From Trueperaceae bacterium (GTDB taxonomy: Bacteria; Deinococcota; Deinococci; Deinococcales; Trueperaceae), in assembly GCA_040905465.1 (NCBI GenBank), contig JBBDRK010000045.1:1-21290 (forward strand): a stretch of DNA of 21,290 nt, given 5' to 3'. Shown here piece after piece: positions 1 to 7,058 of the stretch. The stretch's first letter is position 1. Every line of letters begins with the position of its first letter. The notes below the pieces were generated by a model that was not told the origin of the DNA, searched no databases, and saw nothing but the letters and a program-made list of their open reading frames with translations. The translations under genes were made by a program, and so were the position numbers.

Positions 1-2
1 TG

Positions 3-1835
3 ATGAGCATCTACTACCTCTACACGGCGCTGTTCGGCGCCAACCGGCTCGAGGTGTACCTGGGGGTCTACGTCGCCCTCACGTTCGTGCTGATCTTCCT
101 GGTGTATCCGCTCAAACGCGGCACGATAAAGCGCGCGCCGACGATCCCCGATATCGCGCTGGCTCTCGTGTCGGTGGCCGTGGTCGGCTACTGGGTAGCC
201 AACTACCAGGCGATCACCTACCGGGCGGGCGCCGCAAACCAGGCCGATCACGTAATGGGCATCCTGATGATCGTACTGGGTCTGGAAGTCGGCCGACGTG
301 CGCTCGGCTGGACCATGGCGGTCCTGGGCGTGATCCTGATGGCCTACGCCTTTTACGGGCCCTACATGCCGGGCCTGATCGCCCACCGCGGCTACAGCAT
401 CCCCCGCATCAGCGAGGCCGTGTTCATGGACGAACGCGGTGTGTGGGGAACGATGGCGCAGGTCCTGGTGAACTTCGTGATCATCTTCATCTTCTTCGGG
501 GCGTTCCTCAATCGCTCCGGGGTGGGGCAGTTCTTCATCGACCTGGCGATCGGCGTAGCCGGGCGCGCCAGAGGCGGTCCGGCCAAGGTGGCGGTGCTGG
601 CCTCGGCACTGATGGGCTCGATCTCCGGGTCGGCCATCGCCAACACGGTGTCCACCGGCGCGCTCACCATCCCGTTGATGAAGAAGATCGGCTTCAAGCC
701 GCATACCGCCGGCGCGGTGGAGGCCTCGGCATCGATCGGCGGGATGTTCCTGCCGCCGGTGATGGGCGCAGGCGCCTTCGTGATGGTCGAACTGACCGGC
801 ATCCCCTACACCCACATCATGCTGGCTTCGATCGTGCCGGCCGGACTGTACATGCTGTCGATATGGATGAACGTGCACTTCGAAGCCAAGCGCCTGGGCC
901 TGCAGGGCATGCCGGTCGCGGAGATTCCGAGACTGGGCGCGACTCTGCGACAGGGCTGGTTCCTGGCTCTGCCACTGGTGATCCTCGTGACCTTGCTGGT
1001 TATGGGCCGCTCCGCCGGTTACGCCGCCTTCTGGGGCACCGCCGCGACCATCCCGGTTTCCTGGTTCACGCGAGACAATCGGATGGGGCCGAGGCAGATC
1101 TGGCAGGCGCTGGTGGAAGGCGGCCGCAATACCCTGATCATCGGTGCGACGGTAGGCGTCATCGGCATCTTGCTCGGTGTCATCAACCTGACCGGATTGT
1201 CGCAGAAGTTCACCACCATCTTCCTGACCTTGGCAGGCGGCTCGAGCCTCATGGCCATCTTCCTGGTGGCTCTGGCCTCGCTGATCCTCGGCATGGGCAT
1301 GCCGGTAACGGCCTCTTACCTGGTCACCGCCGTGTTGGCCGTGCCGGCGCTGAACGACCTCGGCATCCCCATCCTGGCCGCCCATATGATCGTGTACTGG
1401 CTCAGCCAGGACTCGAACATCACCCCGCCGGTCTGCATAGCGGCCTACGCGGCTGCGGCCATAGCCCAGGCCGACCCCTGGAAGACAGGCTGGAACGCGT
1501 TCAAATACGCCAAGCTGCTGTATGTCATGCCACTGCTGTTTGCCTACACCCCAATCCTCGTAGGGGTGGGGCAGTCGGTAGACGGCCACGTCATCACCTC
1601 CTGGATTGCGGCCTTGCTGGGGACGATAGCGTTCGGGGCCGTCACGATCGGCTACCTCAAGCGCGCCACCACCGCTCCTGAATGGCTGCTGCTGGCCGGC
1701 GCGACCTTCCTCTGCTACATGCCCCCGATCTGGAGCGATATCGTCGGGGTCGCGCTGGTAGCTTTCCTGTGGTGGCTGCAAGGACGCGTCGAGATCAGCC
1801 TGGGGCGCGGAATTCGCCTTCTGCCGCACAGTTAG
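3..1835 (+). CDS. TRAP transporter fused permease subunit (4TM/12TM, DctM-type, TAXI-associated); probably 5'-truncated by the window edge
   Basis: Polytopic membrane protein with family motifs GGPAKVAV, GSISGSAIANTVSTG, IPLMKKIGF, EASASIGGMFLPPVMGAGAFVM, LILGMGMPVTASY and SNITPPVCIAAYAAAAIA. Confidence 0.9.
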   Translation: MSIYYLYTALFGANRLEVYLGVYVALTFVLIFLVYPLKRGTIKRAPTIPDIALALVSVAVVGYWVANYQAITYRAGAANQADHVMGILMIVLGLEVGRRALGWTMAVLGVILMAYAFYGPYMPGLIAHRGYSIPRISEAVFMDERGVWGTMAQVLVNFVIIFIFFGAFLNRSGVGQFFIDLAIGVAGRARGGPAKVAVLASALMGSISGSAIANTVSTGALTIPLMKKIGFKPHTAGAVEASASIGGMFLPPVMGAGAFVMVELTGIPYTHIMLASIVPAGLYMLSIWMNVHFEAKRLGLQGMPVAEIPRLGATLRQGWFLALPLVILVTLLVMGRSAGYAAFWGTAATIPVSWFTRDNRMGPRQIWQALVEGGRNTLIIGATVGVIGILLGVINLTGLSQKFTTIFLTLAGGSSLMAIFLVALASLILGMGMPVTASYLVTAVLAVPALNDLGIPILAAHMIVYWLSQDSNITPPVCIAAYAAAAIAQADPWKTGWNAFKYAKLLYVMPLLFAYTPILVGVGQSVDGHVITSWIAALLGTIAFGAVTIGYLKRATTAPEWLLLAGATFLCYMPPIWSDIVGVALVAFLWWLQGRVEISLGRGIRLLPHS

Positions 1836-1841
1836 CGGCGA

Positions 1842-3041
1842 GTGAGCGATTCGGGGGCATCGCCCACCAGCGGACGGGCGATAGCGCTCTACCTCACGGG
1901 ACTGGCAGCGTTCGTGGGCCTGTATCTCCCGCAACCGATACTGCCGCTGCTGGCTCGCGACTTCGGGGTGGACGCCCAGCGTGCAACTCTGGTCGTCTCG
2001 GCGACCATCCTGGGAATCGCCCTGGCGTCGCCCGTGATCGGCGTGCTCTCCGATCGTTTCGGTCGACGCCGCATCCTGGTGGTGGGCTCGCTGCTGTTGG
2101 CCGTGTGCACCGCCGCGTCGGCCTGGGCCCCGACGTTCACCCTGCTGGTGGTATTCCGCTTCATCCAGGGACTGCTCCTGCCGACGCTCTTCGCCGTGGG
2201 AGTGGCTTACGTATCGGAATCGATGCCGGCCGAGACCATGCGGGTGGTTGCCGGGGTCTACGTTGCCTGCACGGTGGTGGGCGGGATGCTGGGCCGGCTG
2301 CTGGCCGGCAGCCTGGCCGACCTGATCGGCTGGCGTTACGGTTTCGTCTTCAGCGCGCTCCTCTATCTGGCACTTCTGCCGCTGTGGGCGCGGCTACCGG
2401 CGCTCCCGGGAGTGGCGGTCACCAGTACCCTTCGCCGTGCGCTTACAGGCATGCTCGGCCACCTGCGCAATCGCGCCATCCTGGGCGGGCTCCTGATGGG
2501 ATTCTTCCTGTTCTTTGCGTTCCAGTCGACGTTCAACTACCTGCCATTCAGGCTGGAGAGCCCGCCGTTCTCGTTCTCCAGCTCGCTCATCGGTATCACC
2601 TACCTTACCTACAGCGCCGGCGTCTTCTCGTCCATCTTCGCCGGCTGGTTCAGCCGGCTGACCAGTCTCAGGGCGAGCCTGATGGTCGGTTACGGCCTGG
2701 CCATCGTCGGTAACCTGCTGGCGCTGGCACCGGGCCTCTTCGTGCTGATAGCGGGCCTGCTGGTACTGTGTTTCGGCAACTGGCTGGTTCAGGGCCTGGC
2801 GGTGGGCTTCGTGGCGACTGCGGCGCCGAACGACCGTGCCAGCGCCAACGCCCTGTACCTGCTGCTCTACTACTTCGGCGGCAGCCTGGGCGCTTTCCTG
2901 CCGGGCTTCCTCTTCCCCGTTCTGGGGTTCGGGGGCGTCGTGGCCTGCAGTGTCCTGGCGCTGGCCGGGGGACTGGCGAGCGCAGCGCTGCTGGTCCGCC
3001 GGTCGGGTCGACCGGCGGCAGTGACGGCCGAGGAGACGTGA
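1842..3041 (+). CDS. MFS transporter, YnfM-like
   Basis: 399 aa, about 12 TM; LYLPQPILP N-terminal motif, motif A (GVLSDRFGRR), NYLPFRL and ASANALYLLLYYFGGSLG. GTG start is 6 nt after the TRAP stop. Confidence 0.85.
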   Translation: MSDSGASPTSGRAIALYLTGLAAFVGLYLPQPILPLLARDFGVDAQRATLVVSATILGIALASPVIGVLSDRFGRRRILVVGSLLLAVCTAASAWAPTFTLLVVFRFIQGLLLPTLFAVGVAYVSESMPAETMRVVAGVYVACTVVGGMLGRLLAGSLADLIGWRYGFVFSALLYLALLPLWARLPALPGVAVTSTLRRALTGMLGHLRNRAILGGLLMGFFLFFAFQSTFNYLPFRLESPPFSFSSSLIGITYLTYSAGVFSSIFAGWFSRLTSLRASLMVGYGLAIVGNLLALAPGLFVLIAGLLVLCFGNWLVQGLAVGFVATAAPNDRASANALYLLLYYFGGSLGAFLPGFLFPVLGFGGVVACSVLALAGGLASAALLVRRSGRPAAVTAEET

Positions 3042-3102
3042 AGATGCCGCAGACACCGAGTTGGAGCAAACCTGCCCGCGCGATCAACCTCCACGAACCT
3101 GG

Positions 3103-3195
3103 CCGCAGTGACCGAACCGAAGTGACCCAACCGAAGTGACCGAGCCGGAGTGACCTGATTGCAGGGGTTGCAATAACCGAACCGTAGTGAGCGAG
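3103..3195. repeat. 14-bp tandem repeat array (approximate consensus CCGNAGTGACCGAA)
   Basis: CCGCAGTGACCGAA 3103-3116, CCGAAGTGACCCAA 3117-3130, CCGAAGTGACCGAG 3131-3144, CCGGAGTGACCTGA 3145-3158, a 9-nt interruption, then degenerate TTGCAATAACCGAA 3168-3181 and CCGTAGTGAGCGAG 3182-3195. Confidence 0.85.
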
Positions 3196-3204
3196 GAGCC
3201 TGTC

Positions 3205-4077
3205 ATGTTCGAAGGGTTCGACATCAGAAGGATCGAGGTTGCCGAAGCGGACGTCAACCTGGCGATAGGCGGCAGTGGTCCGGCGTTGCTGTTGCTGCAC
3301 GGCTACCCGCAGACGCACGTGCTGTGGCACAAACTGGCACCGGCGCTGGCCGAGAGGTACACGGTGATTGCTGCCGACCTGCGCGGCTACGGCGACAGTT
3401 CCAAACCGCCCGGCGACGAAGCCCACCTGCGTTACTCGAAGCGAGCGATGGCGAAAGACCTGGTGGCGGCCCTGGAGCGCCTCGGCTTCGACAGGTTCGG
3501 TGTGACCGGTCACGACCGCGGCGGCCGGGTGGGGCACCGCATGGCGCTGGATCACGCCGAGCGGGTCGAGAGGCTCGCACTGCTGGACATCGCGCCGACT
3601 CACGCCATGTACACCACCGCCGACATGGAGTTCGGCCGGGCCTACTACCACTGGTTCTTCCTCATTCAACCGTTCGACCTGCCGGAGCGGATGATCGGCG
3701 CCAACCCGGAATACTTCCTGCGGCGCAAGCTTGGGCAGTGGGGTCGGGACGAAAGCGCCTTCACGCCCGCGGCGATGGCGGAGTACCTGCGCTGCTTCAC
3801 GGCCGAAACCATCCACGCCTCGTGCGAAGACTACCGAGCCTCGGCCACAGTCGATCTCGAGCACGACGAAGCGAGCATGGCGGCGGGCCAGAAGGTCGTG
3901 TGCCCGGTCCTGGCGCTCTGGGGGGAGCAGGGCTTCGTAGGGCGCAAGTACGACGTGGTAGCTCAGTGGCGAAAGTGGGCGGACGACGTGCGCGGCCACG
4001 CTCTGCCGTGCGGTCATTACCTGCCCGAGGAAGCACCCCGGGAAACGCTGGCCGCGCTGCTCGACTTTTTCGATTGA
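3205..4077 (+). CDS. Fluoroacetate/haloacetate dehalogenase (alpha/beta hydrolase)
   Basis: LLHGYPQTH, DLRGYGDS, YSKRAMA, nucleophile motif GHDRGGRV, LLDIAPT, YYHWFF, CEDYRA and GHYLPEEAP. ATG 3205 follows GAGGAG (3193-3198); the ORF-track GTG at 3187 is an in-frame alternative. Confidence 0.88.
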   Translation: MFEGFDIRRIEVAEADVNLAIGGSGPALLLLHGYPQTHVLWHKLAPALAERYTVIAADLRGYGDSSKPPGDEAHLRYSKRAMAKDLVAALERLGFDRFGVTGHDRGGRVGHRMALDHAERVERLALLDIAPTHAMYTTADMEFGRAYYHWFFLIQPFDLPERMIGANPEYFLRRKLGQWGRDESAFTPAAMAEYLRCFTAETIHASCEDYRASATVDLEHDEASMAAGQKVVCPVLALWGEQGFVGRKYDVVAQWRKWADDVRGHALPCGHYLPEEAPRETLAALLDFFD

Positions 4078-4080
4078 CTT

Positions 4081-4109
4081 CGGACGCCGCCCGCCCATTG
4101 GGGTGTCCG
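4081..4109. terminator. Hairpin between convergent genes, possible terminator
   Basis: CGGACGCC (4081-4088) pairs with GGTGTCCG (4102-4109), with one G-U pair; there is no strong U tract. Confidence 0.3.
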
Positions 4110-4173
4110 CTTCGACAGGAAATGCCTCGTTGACCAGAAGATAGCTGCTACAAGCATACCTGCCTGGGCCGAG

Positions 4174-6012
4174 TCAGCTGCCGTCGCCCGGTCCCGAAGC
4201 CGGAGTGTTCGACAGCAACTCCTCACCCGGGTTCACGAACAGGTTCTTCTCCCAGGCGTACTGCTTGTCGTAGAGCTCGCGGTAACGGCCGCCGGCGGCG
4301 ACCAGCACCGCGTGGCTGCCCCGTTCGACGATCTCGCCGGCCTCTAGCACCAGGATCTGATCGGCGTCGCGGATGGTGGAGAGCCGGTGGGCGATCACGA
4401 AGCTGGTGCGGCCCTCCATCAGCCGCCGCAACCCCTCCTGGATCAGGCCCTCGCTCTCGCTGTCGAGGCTGGACGTGGCCTCGTCGAGTATCAGGATGCG
4501 TGGGTCGGCGAGTATCGCTCGGGCGATGGCGATACGCTGGCGTTGCCCGCCGGAGAGCTTGATGCCCCTTTCGCCCACTACCGAGTCGTAGCCGTCGGGA
4601 AAACCACGAATGAAGCCGTCGGCGTTCGCCACCTCGGCCGCCGCCTCGACCTCCTCGCGCGAGGCGTCCGGACGCGCGAAGCGGATGTTCTCGGCCACGG
4701 TGCCGTCGAACAGGAAGTTCTCCTGCAGCACCACCCCGAGCTGCGACCGGAAGTCGCCCAGGCGCAGCTCGGCCAGATCACGCCCGTCGATGCACACGCG
4801 ACCATCCTGCGGCCTGTTGAAGGCCATTATCAGGCTTACCAGCGTGCTCTTACCGGAACCGGAGGAGCCGACCAGGGCGGTCTTGGTGCCGGCCGGGGCC
4901 TCCAGCGACACGCTCTTCAGGACCGGGACACCGGGGTCGTACCCGAACAAGACCGACTCGAAGGCGACGTCACCGTGTATCCGGTCGATCGGCCCGCGTT
5001 GGGCGTCCTCGTCATCTTCGGTGGTCATCTCCAGCAACTCGCGGATCCGATCGAGTCCGGCAAACGCTTCGCTGATCTGCGTGCCGATGTTGGCGATCTG
5101 GATCACCGGTTGCGCCAGCAGCCCCACGAAGAACACGTACATCACCAGGTCGCCCAGCGTCATCGTTCCCGCGAAGATGGCGCGGCCGCCAACCAGGATC
5201 ATGACCACGCCGACGACCCCGACGATCGCGGTCGAAAACGCGGTTACCAGCGAGACACCGGTGATCGAGCTGCGGATGTTGGCGAACAGCCGCGCGACCC
5301 CGTCGGAAAACACCCGCTGCTCGCGCTCCTCCATCCGATACGCCTTGACCACGCGGATGCCACCCAGCGTCTCGGCCAGACGCCCGGTCACTTCGGCATT
5401 TATCTCGCCGCGCACACGGAAGATCGGCCGCAAGCGCGAGAACGCCAACGACATCGCCGCCCCGAAAATCGCCAGGAAGACCACGATTGCGACGGTCAGC
5501 TGCCAGTTGAGGTAGAGCAGCACGCCCAGCGCCAGCACGCCGGTGAACACGCCGCCGACAAGTTGGATTATCCCCGTTCCCACCAGGTTGCGGATGCCTT
5601 CGGCGTCGCTCATGATGCGGGAGATCAAGACGCCGGTCTGGGTTCCGTCGAAGAAGCGGACCGGCAGCCGGGTGACCTGCTCCTGCACGCGCCTGCGCAT
5701 CTCCATTATCGCGCCTTGCGCCGCCACCGAGACAACCTGGGAGAGAGCGAAAGTGGTAACCGCCTGGACAACGGTGGCGGCGCCGACCGCCAGCGCCAAC
5801 GGCGCCAGCAGCTCGGTCTGGCCACGGCCGACGACGTTGTCGATAAGGAACTTGGAGCTTCCGGGCAGCACGAAGCCCGCCAGGCGGTTCACTACCATCA
5901 GCGCCAACCCGATGGCGAGCTTGCCGCGGTGAGCCCAGAGGAGACTCCTGGCCTCGCCCCACACCTTGGCGAAGAAGCGGCGGCCCTCCTCGAACGGTTG
6001 CGAGGCGCTCAC
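4174..6012 (-). CDS. ABC exporter, fused permease/ATP-binding half transporter (MsbA/MdlB-like)
   Basis: N-terminal TM domain, then Walker A GSSGSGKST, Q-loop VLQE, signature LSGGQRQR, Walker B ILILDEATSSLD and IAHRLST. Start is placed at GTG 6012 (VSASQPFEEG) because the longer ORF-track start runs into the divergent promoter and antitoxin. Confidence 0.9.
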   Translation of the reverse strand: MSASQPFEEGRRFFAKVWGEARSLLWAHRGKLAIGLALMVVNRLAGFVLPGSSKFLIDNVVGRGQTELLAPLALAVGAATVVQAVTTFALSQVVSVAAQGAIMEMRRRVQEQVTRLPVRFFDGTQTGVLISRIMSDAEGIRNLVGTGIIQLVGGVFTGVLALGVLLYLNWQLTVAIVVFLAIFGAAMSLAFSRLRPIFRVRGEINAEVTGRLAETLGGIRVVKAYRMEEREQRVFSDGVARLFANIRSSITGVSLVTAFSTAIVGVVGVVMILVGGRAIFAGTMTLGDLVMYVFFVGLLAQPVIQIANIGTQISEAFAGLDRIRELLEMTTEDDEDAQRGPIDRIHGDVAFESVLFGYDPGVPVLKSVSLEAPAGTKTALVGSSGSGKSTLVSLIMAFNRPQDGRVCIDGRDLAELRLGDFRSQLGVVLQENFLFDGTVAENIRFARPDASREEVEAAAEVANADGFIRGFPDGYDSVVGERGIKLSGGQRQRIAIARAILADPRILILDEATSSLDSESEGLIQEGLRRLMEGRTSFVIAHRLSTIRDADQILVLEAGEIVERGSHAVLVAAGGRYRELYDKQYAWEKNLFVNPGEELLSNTPASGPGDGS

Positions 6013-6056
6013 TGCCGGGCGCCGAAAGAAGCTGAAGCGAACATGCCGGAATGATA
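6009..6056 (-). promoter_or_regulatory. -10 box plus putative leaderless 11-aa uORF coupled to the ABC exporter
   Basis: Minus strand: TATCAT (6056-6051), TCCGGC, then ATG TTC GCT TCA GCT TCT TTC GGC GCC CGG CAG TGA (6044-6009). The TGA overlaps GTG 6012. Confidence 0.45.
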
Positions 6057-6095
6057 AGCCGATGAGGTCGTTCGCCCATGTCGCACTGCCACCCA

Positions 6096-6126
6096 ACCAA
6101 ATGGTATGCTCAATGCGCCGAATGGG
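6096..6126 (+). promoter_or_regulatory. Extended -10 promoter of the TA operon with two CCRAATGG boxes
   Basis: TGGTATGCT (6102-6110); ACCAAATGGT (6096-6105) and GCCGAATGGG (6117-6126) start 21 bp apart. Confidence 0.45.
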
Positions 6127-6568
6127 GGTGATCCCGACGCTCAGCACCACGACTTTCGATAGCGCGCTGGCCGACTCCGGCCACTACTTCGACATGGAGT
6201 TCCGCGGATTGCGCGACGCCCAGGAGGCGGTCGAACGCGGTCTTCCCTTTCGGGGCTTCGACGAACTGCGCCGCACCCTGGCAATCAGCACCGCCGAGCT
6301 GGCATCGGCGCTCGGCATACCCGGGACCACGCTCGCAAGGCGCCGCAAGGAGGGTCAACTGAATGCGGACGAGTCCGAACGGTTGCTCCGGCTGGCGCGC
6401 CTGGTCGAGATGGGTCGGGCGGTACTGGCGCCCGAGGGCCTGGCGCCGTGGTTCTCACGACGGCACCCGGCGCTGGACACCAGGCCGCTCGAGTGCGCCC
6501 GCAACGAGTTGGCGGCGCGCCGGCTGGAGACGCTATTGGGACGATTGGCCGACGGCGGCCCGGCTTGA
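6122..6568 (+). CDS. Type II antitoxin, Xre/MbcA/ParS family (HTH + DUF2384-type C-terminus)
   Basis: VERGLP, ELASALGIPGTTLARRRKEGQLNADESERLLRLARL, WFSRRHPALDTRPLE and LLGRLADG. Directly upstream of a RES toxin. Start is uncertain (in-frame ATG at 6101, 6113, 6122). Confidence 0.88.
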   Translation: MGVIPTLSTTTFDSALADSGHYFDMEFRGLRDAQEAVERGLPFRGFDELRRTLAISTAELASALGIPGTTLARRRKEGQLNADESERLLRLARLVEMGRAVLAPEGLAPWFSRRHPALDTRPLECARNELAARRLETLLGRLADGGPA

Positions 6569-7050
6569 AGGCGAGTGCTTGGCGGCTGGTGCCGGAGGCC
6601 AGGGGCGGCAGCAGCGAGGAGGCGTTCAGTGGAATGGGGAGCTACCTGTACGGCCAGCGCTGGAACCGGCCGGGCAGCAGGATCGTCTATCTCTCCGAGC
6701 ACCTGTCGCTGGCGGCCCTCGAGGTAATCGTGCACGCCGCAGCCTACCGTGACCTGGGCCGCTACCTGGCCTACCGAGTGGAGTTCGAACCGGCGCAGGC
6801 GGAAGACCTCGCTGCCGAGCTGCCCGCCGACTGGAGCGATGTGGAGCCGGCGGTTGCGGCACAACGACTGGGAACCGATTGGGCGGCCGGCGGGAGTTCG
6901 CTGTTGTTGCGGGTGCCGAGCGCGGTGATCCCCCACGAGCACAATCTGCTGCTCAACCCGGAACACCCGGCATACGCCGACATGTTGCTGGAAGGACCGC
7001 TGCCCTTCCGTTTCGACCCGCGGCTGGCGGCGTTCAACCGGCCCTCCTGA
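6565..7050 (+). CDS. RES-domain toxin (NAD+ phosphorylase/ParT-like family)
   Basis: AWRL, AFSGxG, GQRWNRPG, VYLSEHLSLAALEVIVH, LLRVPSAVIPHEHNLLLNPEHP and FRFDPRL. TTG start overlaps the antitoxin TGA (TTGA). Confidence 0.9.
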   Translation: MKASAWRLVPEARGGSSEEAFSGMGSYLYGQRWNRPGSRIVYLSEHLSLAALEVIVHAAAYRDLGRYLAYRVEFEPAQAEDLAAELPADWSDVEPAVAAQRLGTDWAAGGSSLLLRVPSAVIPHEHNLLLNPEHPAYADMLLEGPLPFRFDPRLAAFNRPS

Positions 7051-7058
7051 GGAGCCGG

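Noticed and set aside
3103..3195. Repeat array as a CRISPR or mini-CRISPR
   Set aside because: Units are 14 bp and contiguous, with no unique spacers and no cas genes in the window.
3042..3204. Fluoride (crcB) riboswitch upstream of the dehalogenase
   Set aside because: I could not find the GGCGATGG..GTTCGCC / GCTxATGAC pattern by eye. An Rfam scan would settle it.
4110..4173. Lower-GC patch with TTGACC (+) and TATGCT (-) between convergent genes
   Set aside because: The elements are not correctly spaced on one strand and no sense gene follows. An antisense promoter cannot be supported from sequence alone.
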